Position numbers and translations under genes: made by a program | Shown here: positions 35,679 to 47,745 of the stretch, piece after piece | Numbering within the stretch: position 1 is the first letter of the stretch | Layout: each line of letters starts with the position of its first letter | Source of the DNA: Minutocellus sp. GHC0000111 | Taxonomy: Eukaryota | NCBI GenBank assembly: GCA_977018835.1 | Contig: OZ361258.1 | Location: 496,001-560,000, forward strand | DNA: 64,000 bases | Reading direction: 5' to 3' | The notes under the pieces: model-generated | Seen by the model: only the letters and a program-made list of their open reading frames with translations | What the model was told of the DNA's origin: nothing | Database searches by the model: none

Positions 35679-38428
35679 ATGCCCAAGAAGCAGAAAGCCT
35701 CCTCCTCCAAGGGCGGCAGCCGCCGTCGCAAGCAGTATGATTCGGAGAGCGACGAAGACAATGCTGCCGACAAGCACTATGAAAACGACTACCGCAAGCC
35801 CCGTCTCGTAGAAGATGGGAATGTGTCGTCGGACGAGGATGAGGAGATCAGCGAGGACGAGGCCTTCAATTCCGACGACGAGCGTCAATTTGGCTCGTTG
35901 TTTTCCAAGAAAAAGTCTGGAAGTGGCGGCAGCAAGAAGAAGTCCGGTATGCAGTTGGACTCGTCGGATGACGACGATTCTGGCAGCGATGATGGCTACA
36001 GCGAATCGGAGGACGATGGAATTGCGTCCGATGATGACGACGAGGAGGGCGATGGAGGACAATATGTAAGAAAACTGCCAACGTACCAGTACATGTTTGC
36101 CGTGGAGGAATACTTTGACTCGATGGGATTTGTATGTTTTGAGTGGCTACAACTCTTCTTGCTTCTAACGATGTCTTTGCTCATCACTTCGCTTTACTAT
36201 TTGCAACAGATGCTCGATCTGCTAAACAACCTCGATAAGGGAACGCCCAGCAAACAAAAGAATGAGGCGTCCAGCCAGCTGGCGCAGTCCTCTTCCCGTC
36301 TTGCAGAATCGGAATTCTCTTCCACGGGTGTGAAGAATGCCGGCCTTACTCTGGACTCGCTCATGGGCGGCATTGCCGATACCAAGGGCTTTGGACGGGT
36401 CCAGAAGGCCTTCAAGGACATTGCTTCTGTCCCCACGGCCGATGGCAAATCTGACGATGGCAAAAAGGTACTGGAAACCACCAAGGCACCGGTGGCCAAG
36501 ATTGTATCGGAACGGGCATCGCGAAAGGTTCACTATGAGGAGGCCTCCGGCGATGTCAAACGCGGGACGGGCGTTGTGAAGCAGAATCGGGAGGCTGAGA
36601 CGCTTGATTTCCGTCCCAAGGATAAAATGAACATTGACCGGGAAGATCTCGTTGGTAAATTCGAGGCCACGACCGACTTTGAGAAGGAGGTCGCCGACGC
36701 ACTGGAAAAGGCTGGAGCTGAAAGTGAGAAGGACATTGCCCGCCGGGAGCGTGCTGAGCTCATGGGTGAGGATGGCGCCGATGCCGATATCAATGCTGAT
36801 GATGACGATGCCATGGCGGCACTTGACGATGATCTTGGAGGCAATCGCATCAGTTTGGAAGAGTACAAGAAGCGTCATGGCGAGCTGGCCAAGATGCGTG
36901 CCCTCATGTTCTACGAAGAGCAGAAACGGCATCATATCAACAAGATCAAGTCGAAAAAGTATCGCAAGATCCGCAAGAAGCAGAGGGAACGCCGTTCGGA
37001 GGCCGAGAAGATCTTCGCAGCAAGATGAACGCCACCATGGACCGTCTCAATGCGGACAGTAGCGACGAAGAAGGTACATCGATGCTTGATCAAGCCCGTG
37101 CTATCTTGGCTGATACGGAAAAGGATGACGATGAGGAAGGCGATGACAAGAAGGGCCTTTTCTCTCTGGCATTCATGAAACGAGGCATGGAGGCCCAACG
37201 AGCTCGAGCCAAGCAAGAGGCAAGGCAGTTACTTATGGAACTCGAGGCGAATGAAAGTGGTAGTAGCGATGGAAGCGGCGACGAAGACAGCGATGATGAG
37301 AGCGATGTTGGCGAGAAAAGGAAGGCAAAGAAGCCAAAGGCCCTCTCTGCCTCTGAGACGGAGAAGCTCCTACCAAAGGGTAAGCTTGTTGCATCGGCTC
37401 TGGAATTTGGCAACGCCAATACAATTTCTGTTGGTGGAGCCATCGATGTTGATCTCGGAGATGGCTCACCGCCAGAGGCTGAAGCTGCATCTGACAGTGA
37501 TGATTCCGAGGATGACGAGACTGGTACCGACAGAGTCACCGCGCACACTGCCACGATGAAATCTGGCAAGAGCAATATTTCGGTTGATGTTGCCGCTGGC
37601 GACGAGAAGACCCCCAAGAAATCCGCTGCATCTAAACGATCAAAGAGAAAGGCCGCGCTTGTGGAAGAGGCCAAGAAAGACGAAGCTGCTAATCCCTGGG
37701 TTGCTGCAGCATCGCAGGATGATGGTGCAGATGAGACTAATAACAAGACCGGTAGCAAGAAGAAGAAGCGTCGCAAGGGTGCAGGAGTGTCGAAAGATGG
37801 CGTGGTCAATATCCAAGGTGCTCATGCACTTCTCGGAGGAGATGACGACTCGTCCGAAGATGAGAACAAGATGGTGCTCCAGGAAGGAGGCACGAAGAAG
37901 AAAGATGGAGGCGTTGCATCTCTTAGCCAAGATGAGCTTGTCCGTCGTGCCTTTGCTACTGCTACGGAAGATGATATTGATGATGAATTCGAGAAGGAAA
38001 AGGAGGCGATGCGAGAGCGAGACGATCCAACCCGAAAGGCCAAGGAAGAGACAAAGGTGGCTTCAGGCTGGGGCTCTTGGGCCGGAGAAGGTGCACCAGC
38101 GCCAAAGCCTCCTCGTCGGCTGCCCAAAAAGCTTCAACCGCCCGAGAAGAAGGAGCGCCGGAAGCGCAAGGATGACAAGAAGAAGCGCGTCATCATCAAC
38201 GAGAAGCGAGTCAAACGTACGGCACAGTTCCAGCTCGCCGAGATCCCTTATCCCTTCACCTCCCGAGAGCAGTACGAGAAGGCGATGGCAGGTTCCATCG
38301 GTGCCGAGTGGAATGTGTCTGGAGCGGTCAAGGATATGACTCGCCCCGAGGTCTTGACAAGGGCGGGTAAAATTATCCAGCCTATCTCGAAGAGAGCCAA
38401 GGCCAAGCGCGCCCCTGCGAAATTCTAA
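35679..38428 (+). pseudogene. UTP14: U3 snoRNP/SSU processome protein Utp14; intron 36066-36209; internal deletion with frameshift near 37008
   Basis: ELAKMRALMFYEEQK..KIKSKKYRK, GWGSWAG, VIINEK, PYPFTSREQYE..IGAEWN..PEVLTRAGKII. The two halves are in different frames. Confidence 0.85.
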
Positions 38429-38554
38429 TCTATTAATATATAAAGCATATCGTAAAAGCAGAATTAGTTTACTGTGTAAAATTTGTTGTCCTTTCGTGTT
38501 GCGGATACGCCTTCAAGACATCGTGGCCTTTCTTTTCTAGCTCTGTAGTCGAGC

Positions 38555-38633
38555 ACGGCTTAGCTAGCCTTCAAGGGCATCATCAATCTCACGAACGGCT
38601 TAGCTAGCCTTCAAGGGCATCATCAATCTCACG
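38555..38633. repeat. 40-nt tandem duplication spanning the DNPEP stop codon
   Basis: acggcttagctagccttcaagggcatcatcaatctcacg occurs twice (38555 and 38595). Confidence 0.95.
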
Positions 38634-40306
38634 GAAGTGGGTGAAGAATGCCGTGAAGAGGTCCAGACCATTGGTCAGGTCGGCAACGCCCATGACCTCG
38701 CGACATGAGTGCATACTCAACTGTGGCATTCCAGCATCAACCGTCCGGATACCCGTCGCGGCAGATATGATCGGACCGATGGTAGTGCCACAAGGACAAT
38801 CGTTACGCACGACAAACTCCTGAACGGGCGTCATATCTGCCTTACGGGTTAATTCGCGGACAATAAATCCAGTGACTCCATTAGTGGAGTATCTATGGTT
38901 CTGGTTGGTCTTCATCACCACGCCGGCATTCATCTTGGGCGCATGGTTCTTCTCGTGCTTGGAACTATAGTTCGGGTGGATGGCATGAGCCTGATCAACA
39001 CTAAACACAAACGACCGGCGGATGGTCGAGCTAAAGACGTCGGGGTCGAGCGCATGGGGATGATCGGTGAGAGCCGATGAGATACGACGAACAGCTTCCA
39101 CCATTACGGGCGATCCAGCACCCTGGGCACTTTGCGATCCAATCTCTTCGTGATCAAAGAGAGCAATGAGGGAAATATCCTCGTCATTTTCCGGTCCTCC
39201 ATTCTCCACGTACTGAGCGAGTGCCTCGGATGCCACGAAGCAGGTGGCCTGATTGTCCAGCCTGGCCGAGTTCAGGAACTCACTCTTGATACCACCCAGC
39301 GACGCTGGTTGAGTATCAAACAGGTTGAGCTCAAAGTCGACAATGTCCTTCTTCTCAATGCCCAGATTCGTCGCCAGCAGATCCATCAGAAGTGGCTCCT
39401 GCTCCTTTGCCCAGGCATCCTCCTTGCCATCGGCACCGCCGTCCTCTGCCGATCCAGTCAGCTGGGCCTTGGCACCGGCCACCAGGACCGATGCCGCGGG
39501 CTGAGTGCCCAAAACAGGCGTCATGTGCTCCTCCTTGTTCACCTTGAAGGCACGTCGTTCCTCGGCAGTTTGCAGGTGAATGCAAAGGGTCGAAACACGG
39601 GCCACGGGCTGATCGACCTTGACGAATTGTTGCTTCACCGTCTCCTTGCCCTCCTCCGTCTTGGTACGGACCAGGACACGTCCACTGATGCCAAGGTCAC
39701 GGTCAAACCAGGTATGCCAGAGACCTCCGCCGTAGCACTCGACTCCCAGCTGGACACAGCCGCTGGCGCTGCGCTTGCTCCTTGGCTTGACTTTGAGGTT
39801 GGGGCTGTTGAATGAATGAATGAATGAATGAATGGATGGATACGTGTAGATGGAAGGATGGATGGATACGTGAAGATGAATGGATAGATGGATGGATGGA
39901 TGAATGCATGAGAAGTTGTGAGTCAGTTGCATGTATGTGATATGTACCCGAAAGTCAAATCAAGAGCACGCACGCATCTCCGACCAGACTGAACAACTCA
40001 CCTATCGGTATGGCCACCAATGATCTTGAATCCGTTGCCAGGCTTGTAGTTGGAGCCAACTCCAAACGCCACCAGGGTGGTGCGGTTGACAGTGTAGAAG
40101 TACTTGCCACCGGGCACGACCTTGTCAGCAAAGGGCTCGCGCTTCGAGAGTCTGGCAAATCCAGCTTCCTCCAAACGACCAATCATGCTTCCAGCTTCCT
40201 CCAAACGACCAATCATGTTCTCCACGGCATGATACGGATCGGGACTGTTGGTGAAGAAGGTGCATGCCTTCTCGGCGAAAGGGATGTGCTCCGAGTAGTC
40301 GGTCAT
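38604..40306 (-). CDS. DNPEP: Aspartyl aminopeptidase (peptidase M18); intron 39805-40001
   Basis: Spliced GGHTD|SPNL, YGGGLWHTWFDRDL, ARLDN, FDHEEIGS, DQAHAIHPNY, CGTTIGP and LSMHSCRE. Confidence 0.93.
39809..39906. repeat. Intronic (TGAA)n/(TGGA)n microsatellite
   Basis: tgaatgaatgaa...tggatggatgga inside the DNPEP intron. Confidence 0.9.
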
Positions 40307-40465
40307 CTTGGCTCAAAATGAAACGGCAAGATACGCGGCCCGCATGAAAAATGAGCACATCTTGATTCAGTGCTTTGTTCCGGGTTGCTTTCGTGACGCC
40401 AGACAAATGGGTTATGGGCCAAATCTCAGACGCTCCGACAAAAAGCAAAAAATACAACTGCCACC

Positions 40466-41650
40466 ATGATATCCGCCGCTCTTCAGCCCTCTTCCCGTAT
40501 GTTGGGAAGAACGGCGGCTAGATCAGCCGTCCGCGGTGCCCCGGGATCGGCTGCTAGCGTTCCGTCGGCCGGCTTGGCCAGCGCTGCCAAGCCCAAAAAG
40601 AAGAACAAAAAGCAGTCCAAGAAGGCGGAGGAGCAAACCTACGCCCAGCGAAAGGTGCTGGCCAAGGAACGGCGTCGGCAAACCTACGAGGCCAAGCTGA
40701 ACCGCGGGTCGTCCCTGAAGGCGCGCAGGGAGGGTTCCAACGAACGCGGGGCGCATGCCTCCACTTTTCGCTCGTGGTTCGACCAGTACAAGACGCGGAA
40801 TGAAACCATGGACCGCAAGGCGCGGCAGTCCGGATTGCCGTGGCAGGTGCGGGTGGCGGCCGTCGTGGAGCGGTTGCCGGTCATCCTCCCCGACAAGGAG
40901 CAGTGGGAAGTGGACTACGAGGAACTTGATGCCTACCTGAAGCAATTTGGGAGGGATTACCCCAAGGAATTGGGCTACAAGGCTGGACCCAACGTAGAGG
41001 CAGGAGAGAGCTGGGTGACGAACTATGAGGAGATTTTGGGTAAGTGGTTGATTGTGTCAGTGACCTGTGGAGTGGTGTGATTTTTGTATTGATTTGCCAA
41101 TTCAGATCACCAACTCTAGTGTGCGACATATGCTCACCTCGTGTGCTTTGAATTCATTTCTAATTCGGCTTGGCAAACAAAAGAGGAACTCAAGGAGATG
41201 GGATACACCCCAGCTCCGCGTGAGACCGAGGCGGATGCTAGTGGTGAAATCAAAACGATGGACCGTCGGTTGAAGGAGCGAGTATACTTGTCAGTGAAGG
41301 AGAAGGGATCGAATGGAGCATGGGCGCCTTTTCCTTCCACATTCGTTGGGGAGGATGAAACCATCCTGGCCGCCGCCAAGCGAGCCACATCGGAAGCCGT
41401 GGGGGGCAAGCTGGAGCTGTACTGTCCCTCGAACTGTCCGTTGGCGGTGGATATGTATGCGTACAAGGAAGCCAAGAAGTACTTTGGCATCAAAACGTTC
41501 TTTCTGAAAATGCAATTCGATGATGGCGATGTGGATACCAAGCAAATGAAGGCGGAGGACTATGGCTGGTTGGCACGAGACGAAGTTGTCGATCGGATCA
41601 AAGAACAAAGAGGCGATGTTCAGAGCAAGCTCTATCATTATCTCTTGTAG
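40466..41650 (+). CDS. MRPL46: Mitochondrial ribosomal protein mL46-like; intron 41040-41183
   Basis: AVVERLPVI, PAPRETEADASGEIKTMDRRLKERVYL, W..P, KTFFLK, DYGWL and a mitochondrial-type presequence. Confidence 0.85.
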
Positions 41651-41831
41651 TAAAGGTTTTGGAATTTGGAATAAGGATTTCATTGCCAATGACTTATTTC
41701 GAATAAAATCTATGCTACGTTGCGTAAATTGATGATTGGTTCTTCACAAACGGGCCCTTCACTCCTTGCATTTCACACGAGGCTACATACTTACACATGC
41801 AGCTTAGATACTGTATTCTCATCCACCTGTG

Positions 41832-42947
41832 TTATCTAGTTATCACTCTCGGAAGTTCCACATTCCTTTGCACGCATAGTGCGAAACCTCTCATGGGGCG
41901 GCGAAACAGCGAATATATCATGCAGTCTGCAGCAATGTAGAGCAATGCATCAAGAAACCATAAAATACTGCTCAACAAGTTCGCAGCAGCCAATGCTCTT
42001 GGGCTGATATTTGCAATGGCTGGGTCGTAGAGGTAGGACATGACCACATCGACCGTTGATCCAGTCAAAAAGAATTTGACACCAAGGTCCATAAGTAACT
42101 TGGCTATGGCACGTGACGAACCACAACAAAAACATGACCACGAACTTCGACAAGAATAGCAGCTCATCCCCTGCGCTTTCAACGTCAGAGCTCCAGATAC
42201 AAAATAAATATGCATTGACACGACATAGACATTTGCCAGCAAGGGGCCTGGGGTGTCTCCGGTCCAAAATATACTCGTTATAGTCTCGAGTATTGCGGCC
42301 AAGCCAAATGACAGCGCTGCCCAAACTTCGTATTTTGGACTACTACCAAAGCGTCCCTGCCCCGACCTTTCACTGGTTTTTGCCTGAATATAGTCGGATA
42401 TCGCATTGAGTATATACATCCCTGCCCCCAAAATACCCAAAACATACAGAATGTAATCTCGACGTGACCAATCATTGTTGCTGGCCTCATCGTCATCGTC
42501 ATTTGCCAATGGTGTTGCTTTGTCGTCTCCATTTGTGTCGTCATCGTCGTCGTCATTTCCGCCGTCGTCATCATAGACACTAATCAGATCGCATATACCA
42601 GTTATCGTTTGAATCCCGCTTCCAATGAAGAATACTGCATTGGATATCAAACTTTGCCTAATCTCATTCGCGTCCCCGGCTAAAGACCAGTCCGATGAAG
42701 AGGAAGACGAGGAAGAAGAGGAAGAAGACGACGAACTCGAGGAGGAGGGACTGTGGCGAATCAATTCCCGTCGTTCTTCAGCGCGAGTCTGCTGCTGTAG
42801 ACCACCGCCAACTCTATGCGGTAGGAAACCATCATCATCACCCAATGCCCGGTACGCCGAATCGGAATCCGCTCTCGGCTCGTATTCCTCTGTCATTTTG
42901 TGTGGTTGTTCGTCGTCTTCCTCCTGATGGTGCCTCCTGTGATGCAT
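41832..42947 (-). CDS. Multi-pass membrane protein (YrhK-like repeats)
   Basis: Hydrophobic helices with FFIGS / FLTGS..D and LWFLDALLY motifs. Confidence 0.65.
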   Translation of the reverse strand: MHHRRHHQEEDDEQPHKMTEEYEPRADSDSAYRALGDDDGFLPHRVGGGLQQQTRAEERRELIRHSPSSSSSSSSSSSSSSSSSSDWSLAGDANEIRQSLISNAVFFIGSGIQTITGICDLISVYDDDGGNDDDDDDTNGDDKATPLANDDDDEASNNDWSRRDYILYVLGILGAGMYILNAISDYIQAKTSERSGQGRFGSSPKYEVWAALSFGLAAILETITSIFWTGDTPGPLLANVYVVSMHIYFVSGALTLKAQGMSCYSCRSSWSCFCCGSSRAIAKLLMDLGVKFFLTGSTVDVVMSYLYDPAIANISPRALAAANLLSSILWFLDALLYIAADCMIYSLFRRPMRGFALCVQRNVELPRVITR

Positions 42948-43391
42948 TGCAAAGGACTCTCCAAAAGTCCCACTGCTTTTTCGCTCGGTCGCAGCCTGTC
43001 GAAGAATACACGTGGCTACTCAAGATGAAGCAGTCTGCAGCTTGAAAATGCCGTGTTCTAATAGCAAAGGCGGCAGGCCGGTAGAGCGGTTGGCCATGAG
43101 GGCAGGGCGAATGATGAGTTGCTTGCTTTTCGGTTTTGGTTTCATAGGCATGAGGGGGGCGTCATTTATGGGGGAAATTCAAATCTCCCCCATCAAAAGC
43201 CAGCACATCTTGTGCTCATTTTTGATACGCTCGCTCCCCGTACTGCAAGGCACAACCAAGACCAAACGAGTTAGACATCTATTCACTAGACTACCCCCTG
43301 TTACTTCCCGATAGCTGGTATCTGATTTGCTGGTCTCCTCAAGTCGCATTTTGAATTTTTATTTGCTTACCGCCTTCCAAACCGCAACACA

Positions 43392-44024
43392 ATGAATTAC
43401 GGACAACGAGGCCGCGAGCTCCTCCTTGACCTCAACAGGTCGGACTGGTTACCATCCTACAACGATGAGGGCGTCCGGGCCACCCTGCAGGAGATATCCC
43501 TTCATTTTGACGAATTGTCCGATCAGGTCGACGCTGCCAACTCGGCGGCCGCCCGGGCGGCTGGAGGCGACAAGGGCAGCTCCGGCTCCATCCCCATGGA
43601 GTCCCGTCCCGCCATGATCCTGCACGACGCCGCCATCCGCCGCAACAAGCGGTGCTTGCTGGCCTACCACGCCTACCGGATGGTCAAGCTCCGGGCCCTG
43701 CGGTGGGAGACGTCGGCGGCGCTGCCCCCGCACGTCCGATCCCTCCTCTCTGAGGCCGAGGTGGACTTCTTCACCGAGTACGATCGGCTGGTATCCCGGC
43801 ACTGCACGGCGATTGATTTGGATTTGAACTCCGATCTGACGCCGCCGGAGGAAGATCTGGTTCAAGTACGGGTCGTCCGTTCGGGATTGGGCCGGATAGC
43901 CACCGAGTACGGCGGAAGTGTCGAGCTCGACCTGGGCACTACGCACTACCTGCCCCGCGGAGATGTGGAACATCTGATCCGCCAGGGTGCCCTGCAGCAA
44001 ATGGATGGAGAGGAGCATGCTTAA
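43392..44024 (+). CDS. PSF1: GINS complex subunit Psf1
   Basis: [41 protein letters not shown] and DVEHLIRQG. Confidence 0.93.
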   Translation: MNYGQRGRELLLDLNRSDWLPSYNDEGVRATLQEISLHFDELSDQVDAANSAAARAAGGDKGSSGSIPMESRPAMILHDAAIRRNKRCLLAYHAYRMVKLRALRWETSAALPPHVRSLLSEAEVDFFTEYDRLVSRHCTAIDLDLNSDLTPPEEDLVQVRVVRSGLGRIATEYGGSVELDLGTTHYLPRGDVEHLIRQGALQQMDGEEHA

Positions 44025-44235
44025 ATCGAAGATAATCGGTCACTGCTGGACTTTGTTGATCAAACAATTATGCGGTATGTTTGATGAAAAAGGTAGCAAG
44101 TCTCACAGTTTTTGAGAAGGACTGAGAATTCACTTCATCCACGCACCGATTCGTCACATGGGAACATCAGATGAATTCAGTCGGTGTAACACTAAAACAC
44201 TAATGACTTGACAACGTGTACCATGGTATACATTG

Positions 44236-46194
44236 TTACTCGATTCGCTTTTTCTTCTTTCTTCCCTTTTCTTCACGGAGGGCCTGGCTCGCTTTCAATC
44301 GAGCATCACTTTCAACGATGACATAATACTTGCCAGTGGCGTCGTCCTTCTCCAGAAGTCGTCCGCCCGCATCCAACACCTTGCGAACGAGCTTCCAGGA
44401 GTACGGGGTCTTCTCTGCCTTTGACAACTGGGAGTATTCTGGCTTCATCTCTTCGGCCCATTTGCGGAACTGAATGTTGCCATGGTGATGAATCGACTGC
44501 CCTCCCTTTCCACAAAGTACGTCATTATCGGTGACCTTTTTGTGAGGAATCATATTCATTACAGAAGGTTTGGTCGTAACGCGACGCCCTAATCTCTCCA
44601 CTAACAATTTTGGGGACGATGGCTTTGGCCGGTTCGAACAGACATGGTCTGTGATTCGTCTTTTCTGTATCTTTTCGTCTTTTGCGCTAGCGGATCTGCT
44701 AAATATCTCTGTGTCATCGCCACAGCTCTGTCCGATTCTCCTCTTATTATTAGGGCGAACGAATCCGGCGATGGGGGATGGACCGATTTCCTCCTCATCG
44801 GTGACTTCCAAACCACAATGCCCTTCGTGGGACGAATATGCTGCCTCGCTAACATCATCAATTACAATGAGGTCAGAAAATTCGCCGGGTATTGCACTGA
44901 GTGGCAATTTGATGGCTTCATCAAGCTCCATTTCCAAAATAATCTGGACAGTCAATGCGATCGCCCTATTCTTTGACATTTCGTGCCAATACCAAAGATC
45001 ACCAGCACCCTTTCGCTCGAGAAAACGACCCGGGGGGCTGCGAGATCTGACAGCATCGACAATTTGGGTAGGCATGACTTGTTGTTCGGATGGGGAAGCA
45101 TCATCAAAATATTGCTGGTTGTACCCGCACACTGTAAAGTATTCTTTGTTTCCAATGTGATTGGCGGTATTGTTTTGCTTTCCAAAAAGAACATCATGGG
45201 GATGGAACTTTTTGCTGGCGACGATGCCTTGAGGTCGCAGAAGCGCAGGGTCTGATGATTGAAACTTTCGACAGCACTCAACTCCAGACGCATCGTCGAC
45301 TGAATGCTTTGCCGTATTGGAATGAGCTACGTGTAGTGACGTTGTCTTAGTCTGGGAAGGACGTACAGGTGTCTTCCGATTCTGATCTCTCTCTTCCGCG
45401 TTGTTGGAGGGGGCTTTGTTTGTGCTATTAGGATCAATTGATGGGTTGTGCGTGGTAGTAGTAGCCGGTAGCCTCTCTATGGCCGATGATGGCAAAAACA
45501 CGATATCTGATACTGACGCCAGTGGGCCCTCTCTGGTGCTCTCTGGGAGCTCGACCCTTACAACATCGTCCCCAGGAAAGATAATATCCAGGCGTTCTCG
45601 TTTCGGTGACATCCTTTTGGTTGCATCGGATGTCTTTCCTTGCGTGGTAAGCTCGTCATCTACAGCGCCCCGTACCTCCTCAGAGCGAGTCTTTAGTTTG
45701 CTGTCATGGTCGGTAGTAGCATTTGACCTCGATACAATGTTTTGCCCCTGAGAAGGAGCACACTCCTCTGTGTTTCTATTTTTATTTTCTTCGTCAAGAG
45801 CCATCAGCGTCATTCCAATTGCCTTTTCGTTGCCGATATCGAGCAATTGAGAATTACTTCCGTCAAAGAGAAGAAAATTTCCCACGGGTTGCTGACTTCT
45901 CCATTTTCGTACGACAGACACTGCAACTTCTCTTTGTTTCGCTTTAACAACTTCATCGCAGGAGAGCCCATAGCCGCTAGCAATATTGGAGATGAGGGCA
46001 ATGTTTGCAAAACAGGCCCTGTTCAACGCAATGAGAGCTCTAAAGTTGAGGTTGCCCTGGTGATTTAGAATTGTTGTTCCCTGGCGGAGGACGACATCAT
46101 TTGGTCCTGGTACATACCACTTTGGCAATGCCGTTGTGTCATTTTGATCGAAGAATGAGTCTCCATTCCAAGAGGCGTTCCCGAGAGCATTCAT
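44236..46194 (-). CDS. Protein with three DUF6824 domains (diatom-expanded family)
   Basis: NDVVLRQG..HQGNLNFR, HDVLFGK..HIGNKEY and NDVLCGKGG..HHGNIQFR..GGRLL..KASQALRE. Confidence 0.85.
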   Translation of the reverse strand: MNALGNASWNGDSFFDQNDTTALPKWYVPGPNDVVLRQGTTILNHQGNLNFRALIALNRACFANIALISNIASGYGLSCDEVVKAKQREVAVSVVRKWRSQQPVGNFLLFDGSNSQLLDIGNEKAIGMTLMALDEENKNRNTEECAPSQGQNIVSRSNATTDHDSKLKTRSEEVRGAVDDELTTQGKTSDATKRMSPKRERLDIIFPGDDVVRVELPESTREGPLASVSDIVFLPSSAIERLPATTTTHNPSIDPNSTNKAPSNNAEERDQNRKTPVRPSQTKTTSLHVAHSNTAKHSVDDASGVECCRKFQSSDPALLRPQGIVASKKFHPHDVLFGKQNNTANHIGNKEYFTVCGYNQQYFDDASPSEQQVMPTQIVDAVRSRSPPGRFLERKGAGDLWYWHEMSKNRAIALTVQIILEMELDEAIKLPLSAIPGEFSDLIVIDDVSEAAYSSHEGHCGLEVTDEEEIGPSPIAGFVRPNNKRRIGQSCGDDTEIFSRSASAKDEKIQKRRITDHVCSNRPKPSSPKLLVERLGRRVTTKPSVMNMIPHKKVTDNDVLCGKGGQSIHHHGNIQFRKWAEEMKPEYSQLSKAEKTPYSWKLVRKVLDAGGRLLEKDDATGKYYVIVESDARLKASQALREEKGRKKKKRIE

Positions 46195-46402
46195 TTTGCT
46201 TCTTGTTCTTTTGGATGAAAAGGCGTACACGTAGATTCGACGGCGAAACAATGTGGGTTTCACTGCACTCACTCCATCTTTCTCACGATCCTACACGATC
46301 TTGCAAAAAGTGGGAAAGGAGGAAGCAAAAAGCCTTCATCACACAACACAACATCCGGGCGAATTGTAATTTAATTTCGCCATCGGCGATGTTTGTCATC
46401 CC

Positions 46403-46607
46403 AGGCCTTTGGCGATAGGGGGCTCGGGAGCGCGCCCCCCAAACTGCTCTGTCAGCTCAGCCTGAGGTCAACGCGTATTAGTTAGTGACAACATCTGGGT
46501 CATGGGTATCTATGGCTTATTTGTTAGTAGTTACAACGCGTGGGGGGCGCCCCCCGGGGGCGCACCCCCTTCCGGCCCCCGATTGCGCCCCCTGTCGCCA
46601 AAGGCCT
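46403..46607. repeat. 21-bp inverted repeat enclosing GC-rich palindromes; candidate Helitron-type termini
   Basis: aggcctttggcgatagggggc (46403-46423) / gccccctgtcgccaaaggcct (46587-46607), with internal ggggggcgcccccc. Confidence 0.85.
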
Positions 46608-47745
46608 TTGTCCCCCCCAGTCGTCGCTTTCGCCATTTCAGCATGGGCCCGGGCGGGGCCTCTAATTCCCCACTCCGGGTTTCCGCTGAGGGCCAATTTA
46701 GCCGTGATCCCATCGTGCTGCAGGAGAAGTAGAAGTAAAAACATGCAGCGCTGAATGTTTTAATGACACAGGCAACTTTTCTATGAGGGTTGTGTTGTTG
46801 TTATAGGGTGTTTCATCGTGTGACAGTTTTCACAGAGTCTCTCTCTTGATTGACTGTGTTTGAGCATTCAAGGTGTGGGGGGTTCGTTGGAGTGCCACAC
46901 TTGCAAGCCTGCTCAATTGATTTTTTAATTGTTTTGCAGGGGGGCTTGCTCTTTGTTTTCTCTTGTTGCTAATAATTTAGATCTCTACTAAAGAAGCTTT
47001 TGCCTGATCCTTCGCATCCATCCTTGCACCGTGAGGTAGAGTGGCTTGAATGACTGGGCCTTGCCATTGTCACTTGTAGTGGCGCACTGCACCCCACTCT
47101 TTAATTTTGTTCACCACACAGCTAGGAGGAGCAGCAGAGCCTGTTGGTCACCTTTTGCCATTGATGCATCAATTGCAACGCGTTCTCCCTCCACTTGGAC
47201 GGTGAAGGGTTCCCAACTTGTGTTGTCTTTCGAGTTCAATGTCTCCTCCTCTAGCCAGGTCTCTCCTCCTTCGAGCGTCGTCGTGGGGGGTCTCTCTCGG
47301 GAAAAATTCGCGTCTCTGCGACCAGTCGTAGGTGAGTCCTTTGTCGAAGTTGTAGTCATCAATGCTGAGGGTCGGGTCATTGGTTGTGGCGTTGGTCTTC
47401 ACTAAATTGAGAATGTCTCTGGTGTCCTTCTTGTCCACATCTCTCCATGATGGACTTCAATCATTCACAGTCAGTCGTCGCAGCACTCTTCGTCTTTTCA
47501 GATGGCTTGTTGTGCACAAGCAATGATGTCATTCTGGCGTAGTCTTTCGTCACCGGGTATGTTGGTTGTCCTCTCCCTCCTACCCAGTGTGGTGTCACAT
47601 TTTTTTTTAGTTTTTTCTCCTTGTTCTGCTGCTTGAACAAATCACTGAGAGAAAGGGCTTGTTCCAGCTTTGGGTGGTGGTCCCGGCTGCATTTTGAGAC
47701 ATTTTCCTTGCCGCCATCTTTCCATCGTCCGTTGGTTTTCAACGC
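46530..47745 (-). mobile_element. Decayed Helitron-like element (fragments upstream of and including the Pif1 Walker A)
   Basis: Collinear frameshifted fragments PHWVGGRGQPTYPVTKDYARM..LLVH, FDKGLTYDWS, DQQ and KPLYLTVQG/CEGSGKSF, with a GC hairpin downstream. Confidence 0.65.

Noticed and set aside
36066..36209. Hydrophobic, TM-like segment in the Utp14 ORF
   Set aside because: It is a stop-free 144-nt GTAAG..CAG intron read through by the ORF caller.
16227..37030. Programmed ribosomal frameshifting in RSH and Utp14
   Set aside because: Conserved residues are physically missing at both junctions, and no slippery heptamer is evident.
39805..39932. His/Pro/Ser-repeat N-terminus of ORF 38604-39932
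   Set aside because: It is the translation of an intronic microsatellite; the true exon 1 is 40002-40306.
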